Positions 47,669-56,281 of a stretch of 64,000 bases of DNA are shown piece by piece. A program made the translations under genes and the position numbers. Position 1 is the first letter of the stretch. Every line of letters starts with the position of its first letter. A model generated the notes under the pieces. The model had not been told where the DNA came from and made no database searches. It was given only the letters and a program-made list of their open reading frames with translations. The stretch is from the NCBI GenBank assembly GCA_903883645.1, contig CAISBR010000131.1, positions 11,871 to 75,870 of the forward strand, given 5' to 3'. The DNA is from an uncultured Myxococcales bacterium. Its GTDB lineage: Bacteria; Myxococcota_A; UBA9042.

Positions 47669-48577
47669 CTACCCGGCCACCCGCCCGCCGCGCTCCATCG
47701 GCAGCACCTCCGCCCCACCACCAGGCCCAAGCCCATCAAACCGCCCAAGATCCCCCATGAACGCCGCCGGGCTCAAATGCGCATACCGCAGCGTCAGCTC
47801 GGTCGACTTGTGCCCCAGAATCTTCTGCAGCTTGAACAGATCGCCGCCCGCCATCATCCAGTGGCTAGCGAACGTATGTCGCAGATCATGAAAGCGAATG
47901 TAGTGCGACTGCCGCCCCTGCTCCGGCCGCTTGAACCCCGCCGCGTCGAGCACCTTGTGAAAGCGCTCGCAAAAGATGCGGTCCTTCGACCGGTGCATCA
48001 GCCCCTTGGTGTTCGGAAACAGCAGCCCGCCCGGGCAGCGCAGCCGCCATGCCCGCAAAATCGGCAGCAGCACGTCCAGAATCGGCACATAGCGCACGTC
48101 GCCGGCATTGGTCGGCCCGTCAAAGCTGCGGTCCACGGTGATGATGCGCCGGTCCAGGTCCACGCACTGCCAGCTGAGCGCCGCCAGCTCGCCCTGGCGC
48201 AGCCCGGTGTAGACCGCAGTAGCAAATCGGGTGTAGGCGTCGACGCTATCGTCGTGCGCGGCCCGCAGGAACCGTTGCACCTCCTCGCTGGACCGCAGGT
48301 AGCTGAAGTCCTGGCCGTTGACCCGCACGCTGGGCTTGTCGATGGGCGGCACCGCCAGCAACCAGCCCAGCCGGTGCGCCTGTTTCAGCATCGACCCCAG
48401 CAGAATCAGCAGGTGCCTTAGCATCTGCTTGGACAGGCCGGCGCGCTCGGGCTTGAATACCGCGTTGCGGGCAAGGGCAACGTCTTGCAAGGCCTGCCCA
48501 AGAAGGCCCGGCGCCAACGGCCTGCTTGGCGCCTGCACAGGTGTATCCGCCGGGTACGTCTGCAGATTGGCGCCCAC
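47669..48577 (-). pseudogene. 5'-truncated copy of the tyrosine recombinase (integrase) found at 52375-53508
   Basis: About 90% identical to the full integrase from FKPERAGLS onward (catalytic R...HxxR...Y region intact), but the N-terminal ~125 aa are replaced by unrelated sequence. Confidence 0.7.
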
Positions 48578-48586
48578 CGCCCGCTA

Positions 48587-48605
48587 CCAGGATTCGCACA
48601 GGGCC
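48587..48605. repeat. Degenerate att-like copy of the tRNA-Arg 3' end (ccaggattcgcacagggcc versus cctggattcgaaccagggacc)
   Basis: It sits just 5' of the truncated integrase, mirroring the tRNA/integrase arrangement at 53.5-53.8 kb. Confidence 0.35.
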
Positions 48606-48708
48606 GATGCGCGCGCAGCACTCTGCGGGTGATGGGCCACCGGGACCATGTATGACCGTTGCTGCCACGAGACCGATCGATCATGCCTAAAGTCGCCTAC
48701 AATAACAT

Positions 48709-50076
48709 GTGCTTGTGTGGCATCTTGGCGCTCGTGCCCTGCCAGACTGGCGCAAACACGACCTACTGGTTGACGCCAGCCGCCGCGGCGTCAAGATCGC
48801 CGCTGTCCGCATCGGGCGCGAGGTCACCATGTTCAGGCTTCTGACGGGCATTGGCTGGTTCGTGATGCTACCGATCTTCCTGGTATCGCACGTTTTTCAG
48901 TCGCTATTCGGCAATCGCAGACTTGGATCGACGGCGTGGGATGCCGGCACTGTGCTGCAAGCGTGCATCGCTTTCCACAAGCCGCAAGCGGGCGATCGTC
49001 CTGAAGTCAAAGTTCGGCTGACCGGTGATAGCGACTACGCGCCCGAGTTGCTGCTCTGGCTCGCCGTTCGCGTCATCCAGGACGCAAATGCGCTACGGTC
49101 AAGGTCGCTTACCCCACTTGGCATGGGGGCGCCGGAATACATCGATCTGCTGGACGCGCGCGCGACAAAGCGCCCATCGCAATGGAGTGCCTCCTGGGCC
49201 CCGTACCTTCGTATGATGCGAGCGACCCACGCGCCGTCGGGTCCGATGGCCTACCAGATCGTTGTGAACCTTGTGGCGGGGCAGCGGCGCAACGCCAGGT
49301 GGCTGTGTATGGTACACCTCGAAGGACCGGTGCCTGATGTTGCGCTTGTCGTCGCGCCCTGGATTCTCTGGGACCATCTATCTGCGGTGCTTGAAGCCGA
49401 CCTCTTGGACGAGATCGACTTGTACGTGCACTCCCTTGAAAATAAGTCCAATTTCCCAGTTGGCCACGTAATGGCGGCGCTCTGGGTAAACCGTGTGTTT
49501 GACGCCTATCTCGCATCGTCGGAGGCGAGAGCCGGAGCCAGCCGTCAAAGCGATTCGCCCGCCCCGTATCCCGAAGGCCACAGGGCCCCATCCCACGGCG
49601 CCGCTGTCGCCGCCACGGAACTCGCGGAAGCCATGAGGATCGACGATGTGCTCAGTATGGCCGCTGCCTACCGCGCTGACCAACTTGCAGTCTCATACCT
49701 TGTTCCAGGCGAGCGCGACCCTGCAAGGCGCTGGGTGACGTACCCTGAGTGCAAATTCTGCAAGGAACCGACCAGCAAGACCGGCAACATTGCGAACATG
49801 TTGTTGTCTGGGATCGGCGACCCAGGCGCCTTCCATGACAGGTTCGGCATGGCGTGCTCGCCCCACGCACAAAGGATGACGGCAGAGCTTGCGCCAGATT
49901 TAGGCAATAGTATTCAAGGTCTGCGACAGACTATTGAGAGGGCCCATGTAGAAATGAGGAAACATGCCGAAATTTATGACGTTGACCACCAGTTCGAAAC
50001 AGACGCAACTACGTTGCTCGACCAGCAGCGGCGCGAGAGGGCCGAAGTACTGGGGAGATACGGATTGGCAAATTAG
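48709..50076 (+). CDS. Hypothetical membrane-anchored cargo protein (455 aa)
   Basis: N-terminal TM (FRLLTGIGWFVMLPIFLVSH; probable start MFRLL at 48829); no recognisable motif; lower GC than its surroundings. Confidence 0.45.
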   Translation: MLVWHLGARALPDWRKHDLLVDASRRGVKIAAVRIGREVTMFRLLTGIGWFVMLPIFLVSHVFQSLFGNRRLGSTAWDAGTVLQACIAFHKPQAGDRPEVKVRLTGDSDYAPELLLWLAVRVIQDANALRSRSLTPLGMGAPEYIDLLDARATKRPSQWSASWAPYLRMMRATHAPSGPMAYQIVVNLVAGQRRNARWLCMVHLEGPVPDVALVVAPWILWDHLSAVLEADLLDEIDLYVHSLENKSNFPVGHVMAALWVNRVFDAYLASSEARAGASRQSDSPAPYPEGHRAPSHGAAVAATELAEAMRIDDVLSMAAAYRADQLAVSYLVPGERDPARRWVTYPECKFCKEPTSKTGNIANMLLSGIGDPGAFHDRFGMACSPHAQRMTAELAPDLGNSIQGLRQTIERAHVEMRKHAEIYDVDHQFETDATTLLDQQRRERAEVLGRYGLAN

Positions 50077-50581
50077 GTGACTGCGCAATCGCGTTCGCCG
50101 GCCGCCTTAATTATCCGTGGCGACCACGTCGGAGCGAAGCTTGAATCCGCCCAAATGGTACCGACTTAATGGTGCGGCGCGCGATTTTGGGCCAAGGTTC
50201 GCAACAGCCGCATACTCCCGCAGCGGCACCCCGTGTCATGGGCTTCGTCGCCAAGAGCGCGTAGTGATTCTGAGTTGGCGGCGAATTCCAACCGAAGTTT
50301 GTAGCTGCCGGGCCTCGGCAACTGCCCCGGTCGATTGCTATCCAGCTTGAGCAGAGCTGCTTTGCAACGCGCCTTCACCTGCCAATGTGCGGACCGCCGT
50401 CGCCCACGGCCCGCCGAGGCGGGAACACGGGCCGGCTACCACGAGCGCGAGCCGGTCCGCGCATCGCGCCGCCCGTCGCCCCCGGGACCCTGATCCGCTA
50501 CGAAACCGGTGCCTGCGCCCTGAACACTGGCGTGACCTCCGGCGAGGCCCGCGCATTGGGCTGCAGGCTCGACGCGCTGGC

Positions 50582-50716
50582 CGTCGGTAGCCTGTCCGTC
50601 TGGGAGTTCGAGAACGCCTGCCGTGACGAGTGGCACGCGCTCGGCCGGCCGGCGGACCTGGCGGCCATGGAGCTGATCGAATCGCGGATGTGGGAGCGGC
50701 GGCGGGCGGGGTAGAG
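50582..50716. repeat. Second copy of the ~140-bp duplicated block (see 46851-46990)
   Basis: Direct alignment with the first copy. Confidence 0.6.
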
Positions 50717-50823
50717 CGACACAATCGAGAAGCCCAGTGGGTTACAGTGCTGCGATCTGGGCGGTTTGGTTATCAAGTGGGCAGCAAGTTGCAGCACCCT
50801 GCCCGGAATGCGCCACAACCCAA

Positions 50824-51222
50824 TTACGACACGCGAACCATCCGCGGGGCGATCCAAAGCGCCAGTGCTGCCAACGAGCAACGCTTTGCCGCCACATCTT
50901 GGATTTTTTGGGCAAGCATCGTAGGGCGCACGGAATCGGCAAGTACGAGTCCGTTCGCACCCAAGAACACAATCATTGCTACCGCTGCCAGGCGCTTGTT
51001 GCCGTCTTCAAAGCAGTGCTTCATCGCTGCGAACCACGCGTAAGCTGCTGCTTTTTCGGCGAGTGTCGGATAGTGGTCTTGCCCCGCAAAGCCGGCAGCC
51101 GGCTGTGCAGCGGTACCGTCTGCACAGCCTTGGTGCAGTTCCGGTGGAACCGGGCGACTCTCCATTGCGAAGAGTTGCCGGTGGAGACTGCGGAGCTCAT
51201 CACCGGTTAGGTAGCGAACCAC
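50824..51222 (-). CDS. doc: Doc (death-on-curing) / Fic-family toxin
   Basis: Fic/Doc active-site motif HCFEDGNKR within ...AAYAWFAAMKHCFEDGNKRLAAVAMIVFL; 132 aa. Confidence 0.8.
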   Translation of the reverse strand: MVRYLTGDELRSLHRQLFAMESRPVPPELHQGCADGTAAQPAAGFAGQDHYPTLAEKAAAYAWFAAMKHCFEDGNKRLAAVAMIVFLGANGLVLADSVRPTMLAQKIQDVAAKRCSLAALALWIAPRMVRVS

Positions 51223-51620
51223 TAGGAATTCCCGAGAATTTCAAGGTCCTCTGCGAAGCGGTTCGCTGTATACCGAAACCATTTCGACAACTCGGCGTCT
51301 AGGCCTTCAAGAGGTGGCGAGGCCAAATCTGCTTGGTGAGCGAAAGGCGGCGGGCCGCCGTGCAGATCGACGAGCCCAGTGACGGCTACGCCCACAGCTC
51401 GGCGAACATTGGGAATTTCAACCTCGCACGGGCATGGAGCCACCAAGCCGGCCGTTACTGCGAATGCAAGAACCGTTGTCGTAACTTTTTCCTGCAAATT
51501 TCCACGGCTCCGCTCCCTGTGCGGCCGGGCAATTCGCTTGATTGGCTTCGCCACAGGTGCCGGCCTAAGGTACCCGTCCGCAGTCCAATCACGAATCATG
51601 TAGTCGTTGAAATCACTCAT
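51222..51620 (-). CDS. Hypothetical protein immediately upstream of, and overlapping, doc; candidate non-canonical antitoxin
   Basis: ORF terminates with a 1-nt overlap at the doc start; no similarity to Phd/YefM recognised. Confidence 0.3.
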   Translation of the reverse strand: MSDFNDYMIRDWTADGYLRPAPVAKPIKRIARPHRERSRGNLQEKVTTTVLAFAVTAGLVAPCPCEVEIPNVRRAVGVAVTGLVDLHGGPPPFAHQADLASPPLEGLDAELSKWFRYTANRFAEDLEILGNS

Positions 51621-52234
51621 TTTGTGTCCATGCTTGCGGCAGATGCAGGTGCAACGACCGCCAACTGGTCTAGGAGCGTGCCCAGGGCTGCCGTCGAGAG
51701 CTGAATTCTGACCACCGGCTCTACTGTTGCTTCTCTTGCGGTAGCTCCAGCTCGGCCCAAATCATGACGAGCCCAGGCCGTCAAGTCGTACAAGTCGATG
51801 GAGGCCTGATACCCCGCGTGAACCATCGCGGCAATCGAAAAGTCTACTTTCACTGTGGGATCTGGATCCGCAGTAAACGCCAGCGGGGGAGCACTATTCA
51901 GACCAGACGAAGTCAAAAACTCGCGGACACGCGGTCCGAATTCCCTGCAACTATTCACCACATCCAGCACACGGTCGGCGCTCGTGCGGGCCACGAGCAA
52001 CTGTGTCAGGCCATCGCCCCGGCACTTTGTTTGGCCGAAAAGCACAAGAATGTCTGCTCCGTCGGTCTCGACTGCAACCCGATCCGCAAGGAATCGGCGG
52101 CTTGGTATGGGGAGGTCGGCTAGCGCAAACGAGACTGTTCCGGTGCCAGGCGGCCCAGGAACAATCGGCAATGCAACACCCGTCGCGCGAGTCAGCGAGG
52201 AAGTGTGCGCCAAACCGGCGCCTTTCTTGACCAT
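51617..52234 (-). CDS. Hypothetical protein, first gene of the three-gene doc operon
   Basis: 4-nt overlap with the next ORF; no motif recognised. Confidence 0.35.
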   Translation of the reverse strand: MVKKGAGLAHTSSLTRATGVALPIVPGPPGTGTVSFALADLPIPSRRFLADRVAVETDGADILVLFGQTKCRGDGLTQLLVARTSADRVLDVVNSCREFGPRVREFLTSSGLNSAPPLAFTADPDPTVKVDFSIAAMVHAGYQASIDLYDLTAWARHDLGRAGATAREATVEPVVRIQLSTAALGTLLDQLAVVAPASAASMDTK

Positions 52235-52374
52235 ACTGCCCTAACCTTGCGGGCCAACGCCGAAGCGAACTTAGGCCCTCCTCATCGTAGTAGGCACGCC
52301 GGCGATCGTCAACAGCCAAGTTGCCCGTCTATGTCGAAAATAATGAGCTTTTGCCGATAATTGAGGGGCTTATG

Positions 52375-53508
52375 CTACCCCACCCGCCGCACCCGCCCGC
52401 CGCGCTCCATCGGCAAAACCTCCGCCCCGCCACCCAGCCCAAGCCCATCAAACCGCCCAAGATCCCCCATGAACGCTGCCGGGCTCAAATGCGCATACCG
52501 CAGCGTCAGCTCGGTCGACTTGTGCCCCAGAATCTTCTGCAGTTTGAACAGATCGCCGCCCGCCATCATCCAATGGCTAGCGAACGTATGTCGCAGATCA
52601 TGAAAGCGAATGTAGTGCGACTGCCGCCCCTGCTCCGGCCGCTTGAACCCCGCTGCGTCGAGCACTTTGTGGAACCGCTCGCAGAAAATCCGGTCCTTCG
52701 ACTGGTGCATGACGCCCTTGGTGTTCGGAAACAGCAGCCCGCCCGGGCACCGCAGCCGCCACGCCCGCAGGATCGGCAGCAGCACGTCAAGGATCGGCAC
52801 ATAGCGCACATCGCCGGCCTTGGTCGGCCCGTCAAAGCTCCGGTCCACGGTGATGATGCGCCGGTCAAGGTCCACGCATTGCCACGTCAGCGCGGCCAGC
52901 TCGCCTTGGCGCAGCCCGGTGTAAACCGCAGTCGCAAACAGGGTATAGACGTCGACGTCATCGTCGTGGGCCGCGCGCAAGAACCGTTGGACCTCCTCGC
53001 TCGACCGCAGGTACGAAAAATCTTTGCCGTTGAGGCGCACGCTCGGCTTGTCGATGGGTGGCACCGCCAGCAACCAGCCCAGCCGGTGCGCCAGCTTCAG
53101 CATCGACCCCAGCAGAATCAGCAGATGCCGCAGGGTCTGCTTAGACAGGCCGGCGCGCTCGGCCTTGAACGCCTCGATGCGAGCAAAGGTAATGTCCTGC
53201 AGCTGCAGCTTGCCAAAGGCCGGAGTCAGGTGGGCCCGCAGCCGGGACGCATCGTCGTTGCCGCTGCGCTTGTGGATCGCCCGCGTGGTCATCCACTGGT
53301 GCGATAGGTCGGCAAAGGTCTTCTTGGGCGGCGGGGCGGGCACTAGGCCCTGCTTGGCCGCATTGACGTTGGCGAGGAGCTGGTGGGTCGCCTGCTGGGC
53401 CTCGTTGTAGCTGTCGAAGGTCTTGGACTGCCGTTGGCCGGCGACGTCGTACCAGCGGACCTGCCACTTGCCGCTCGGCATTCGCTTAGGGTGAACTGAC
53501 CGGGCCAT
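52375..53508 (-). CDS. int: Tyrosine-type site-specific recombinase (phage/ICE integrase)
   Basis: ATG 53508 with GGGAGG RBS (MARSVHPKRMPSGKWQVRWYD); catalytic C-terminus ...HDLRHTFAS...LGHKSTELTLRYAH; adjacent to a tRNA. Confidence 0.85.
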   Translation of the reverse strand: MARSVHPKRMPSGKWQVRWYDVAGQRQSKTFDSYNEAQQATHQLLANVNAAKQGLVPAPPPKKTFADLSHQWMTTRAIHKRSGNDDASRLRAHLTPAFGKLQLQDITFARIEAFKAERAGLSKQTLRHLLILLGSMLKLAHRLGWLLAVPPIDKPSVRLNGKDFSYLRSSEEVQRFLRAAHDDDVDVYTLFATAVYTGLRQGELAALTWQCVDLDRRIITVDRSFDGPTKAGDVRYVPILDVLLPILRAWRLRCPGGLLFPNTKGVMHQSKDRIFCERFHKVLDAAGFKRPEQGRQSHYIRFHDLRHTFASHWMMAGGDLFKLQKILGHKSTELTLRYAHLSPAAFMGDLGRFDGLGLGGGAEVLPMERGGRVRRVG

Positions 53509-53737
53509 CCTTGCCTCCCGAAGGGGCAAGCTATCCATTCGTCTCAACTTCTTCTGCTGACAGTTTTGCCGACTTGTCTGTCAGCAAAACGGCCGGGCAG
53601 GGCGCCTTGGGGGCAGCCGCGCCGCGCCGAATCCCCGGTGTCCGAGCTACCCGCGAGCACCTCGAAAAACAGGGGGGGTACGAGCCTCTCGGGCAATTTT
53701 CGGGCAACGACAGGGGGTCAAAATCGAAATTCCCTAG

Positions 53738-53811
<74 letters not shown>

Positions 53812-53915
53812 CCGCCGCGCAGTTTCCTTGCTGCCCGCCCCACAGTCAACGGGCTTGCCCGCTTTGCGTCATCTTGTTACGGTGGAGCGGTGGCCCGCAG
53901 CCACGGCGAACTCCA

Positions 53916-55847
53916 GTGGCCAACCCAGCAGAATCACCAAAGCTTGCCCCCGCGGCCCCTGTCCTTGGCGACGGCGAACTCCCCTTTCGCGTCACCGATG
54001 CCTGCTTGGCGCATTGTGTATTCTGTGCCGAGCATGTTCCGCGCCGCACGCCCGACCTGGCTACCGACGCCGTGCTGGTCCGCCTGCGCGACCTGCTGCA
54101 CCAGCGCATCCCGCGTCGGCTGCTTTTGACAGGTGGTGAGCCGGCTTTGCACCCCCGCCTGCCCGAGCTCATTGCGCTGGCCCGCGCGGCCGGTGTCGCC
54201 GAAGTTGTGCTTGCCACCCACGGCGCGCCGCTGGCCGACGTGGTCAAGCTCGCGACTTGGCGCCAAGCCGGGCTGACGGGCGCGCGGGTGCTGCTTGTCG
54301 CCGCAAATCAAGAAGACGCCTCTGATCTCACACGTCTAGCCGATAGCTGGCGTTGGCAGCGCATGGGCCTATTGGCGGCGCTGCACCACGGTCTGCGCTG
54401 CGAGGTCGAGACGCCCGTACTCACCCTAACTGCGCCGAACTTGCCCGAAATTGCCGCGTGGCTGGCTGCCCTGCATCAGGCCGAGCGCGGTGCCAAGCGG
54501 CCGGGCCTGGCGGGTTGGCGCCTGCTGCCCTACATCAGCCATCCGCCCGGTGCGCCAGCGAATTTGCACGCGCTGCCCAGGACCATCGAGCCCCTGCTGT
54601 TGCAAGCCCTTACCGCCGCGAGCAGTGCCGATCTGCCCCTGGCGCTGCCGCCGAACCAAGGTTGGCACGCCTGTGCTTTCGACGATGTGCACAAGCTCCG
54701 CGGCCTTCTCGCTCGCACATCTGGCGGACTTTCAAGGGTTTACCTGCCCCAGTGCCACGATTGCGCTGTGCGGCAGCAGTGTCCGGGTGTCGAGGCGACG
54801 TTAGCCGGGCAGGGCGGTCCGGACCTGGTGCGGCCGTTTCGCGACGCGCAGAAGGCGGCCTGGCTTCCGCTGCACCGTGGCGGTACCACGCGCACTGCCG
54901 ATGGCCGGGAGCGCAACGTGCAGGTGCCCGTATCCAAAGACGAAGGCCAGGGTCGCGAGGTTCACGAGCTGGTCGTGCGGATTGTGCACCAGTGCAACCA
55001 GCGCTGCGCCTTTTGCTGGGTCGACTTCGAGGCGCCGCGCATGGAGCTCGCCGAAGTAAAAGACCGCGTGGATCAAGGCTTTACGGGCGGTCAGACGCCC
55101 ACGGTGGCCTTCACGGGCGGCGAACCGCTGCTTCATCCGCAAGTGCTCGAGATGATTGCCTATGCTCACGCTTCGGGTGCGCCCACGGTGTCGCTGCAGA
55201 CCAATGCCAGCCGCGTCCGCAGTCTTGAGCACGCTAGGCAGCTCGCCCAGGCTGGCTTGGGGCACGCGCTTGTGTCGCTGCACGCCGCCGATGCCGCCGC
55301 GTCGGACCACCTGACCGCAGCGCCCGGCACGTTTGAGCGGACCGTTCAGGGGATAAGATGGCTTTGTGAAGCAGGTATTTCCGTCACCATCAATCATGTG
55401 CTTACGCGCGATCTGGCACCCAAGTTTGCAGAGTTTGTGCGTTTTGTCGCAAACGAGCTCGCGCACCCCAAGCTTGGCCTGACTCTCGCCGTCGCCGGCC
55501 ACATCGACGCCGGTCCCATCGATCAGGGCGTGCTGCCCACCCACCGCGAACTTGGGCCGTGGGTCGCGCAAGGTGTTCTGCTCGCTAAGGAATTGGGCGT
55601 GCAGGTGGTGGGGCTGCTGCACCCGTGCGGTCTAGTGCCGTGCGCGCTGCCCGACCCGTGGCCCGTGCTCGATGCCGCCACCCTGCGGCCACCCGCTCTC
55701 GACGATTCGGCGGTGCTGCGCGACGGCGGTGTCAAGTCGGCCGAATGTGAGCGATGTGCTCTGAATCGCATGTGTTTTGGTCTGCGGCGCGAATATGTTC
55801 AGGTGCACGGTCTGGCCGAGCTGCACGCGATCGCTCCGCGGAGCTAG
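53916..55847 (+). CDS. Tandem (di-domain) radical SAM protein with C-terminal Cys-rich (SPASM/twitch-like) region
   Basis: Two Cx3Cx2C motifs (CLAHCVFC at ~aa 30; CNQRCAFC at ~aa 350), each followed by a GGEPxLHP segment (LLLTGGEPALHP / VAFTGGEPLLHP). C-terminal CGLVPC...CERCALNRMC. Start uncertain: the track's start (53511) runs through the tRNA, and GTG 53916 is the first plausible in-frame start. Confidence 0.65.
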   Translation: MANPAESPKLAPAAPVLGDGELPFRVTDACLAHCVFCAEHVPRRTPDLATDAVLVRLRDLLHQRIPRRLLLTGGEPALHPRLPELIALARAAGVAEVVLATHGAPLADVVKLATWRQAGLTGARVLLVAANQEDASDLTRLADSWRWQRMGLLAALHHGLRCEVETPVLTLTAPNLPEIAAWLAALHQAERGAKRPGLAGWRLLPYISHPPGAPANLHALPRTIEPLLLQALTAASSADLPLALPPNQGWHACAFDDVHKLRGLLARTSGGLSRVYLPQCHDCAVRQQCPGVEATLAGQGGPDLVRPFRDAQKAAWLPLHRGGTTRTADGRERNVQVPVSKDEGQGREVHELVVRIVHQCNQRCAFCWVDFEAPRMELAEVKDRVDQGFTGGQTPTVAFTGGEPLLHPQVLEMIAYAHASGAPTVSLQTNASRVRSLEHARQLAQAGLGHALVSLHAADAAASDHLTAAPGTFERTVQGIRWLCEAGISVTINHVLTRDLAPKFAEFVRFVANELAHPKLGLTLAVAGHIDAGPIDQGVLPTHRELGPWVAQGVLLAKELGVQVVGLLHPCGLVPCALPDPWPVLDAATLRPPALDDSAVLRDGGVKSAECERCALNRMCFGLRREYVQVHGLAELHAIAPRS

Positions 55848-56275
55848 CCGCCGTCCGCGCGCACGCCGCACCACTCGCCACCGTCTTCTTCCGAGCTCTC
55901 GTAGCCATAAATGCCAGAGAATTTGCTGCTTTCGCCGTCGAGCACAAACCTTCCGCGGCCCTTGTTGCTGCCGCCTTGCTCCACCCAAGTAAAGGTGAGT
56001 ACGTTGCCCAGCGGCTTGCCTACCAGCAGGCCGACACGCTCCGTACCTTCGCTAACATAGCGAAAGGCGCCACGAATCTGCCCATCCGCTGCGAATAGCT
56101 CCAGCTGCCCCCAGTTGGTCTGCCAGCGCCCGCTCCAGTGCAAACCATGAGCATTGTCATTGGGTTCAATGCTATCAACATGCAACGCGTTGACTTGCAC
56201 GGCCTTGGGCCCCGAGCACGCGGCCAGCACTAGCAGCGAAATTGCGGCAATGGTCTGCAAATTCAGCATGTTCAT
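55844..56275 (-). CDS. Lipoprotein, hypothetical
   Basis: MNMLNLQTIAAISLLVLAACSG lipobox; 143 aa. Confidence 0.5.
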   Translation of the reverse strand: MNMLNLQTIAAISLLVLAACSGPKAVQVNALHVDSIEPNDNAHGLHWSGRWQTNWGQLELFAADGQIRGAFRYVSEGTERVGLLVGKPLGNVLTFTWVEQGGSNKGRGRFVLDGESSKFSGIYGYESSEEDGGEWCGVRADGG

Positions 56276-56281
56276 AGCCTC

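Larger units (their letters stand above)
48589..53737. mobile_element. tRNA-Arg-proximal integrative element (integrase, Doc-toxin operon, unknown cargo). A second, degraded element or remnant appears to extend from ~43.97 kb to ~48.6 kb
   Basis: Integrase directly downstream of the tRNA 3' end; duplicated integrase and 140-bp blocks; degenerate att; lower-GC patches; toxin and CRISPR-repeat cargo. Boundaries are approximate. Confidence 0.55.

Noticed and set aside
51222-51620. Calling the ORF upstream of doc a Phd antitoxin
   Set aside because: No sequence resemblance to Phd/YefM or other antitoxin folds could be seen by eye. Reported only as a hypothetical or candidate antitoxin.
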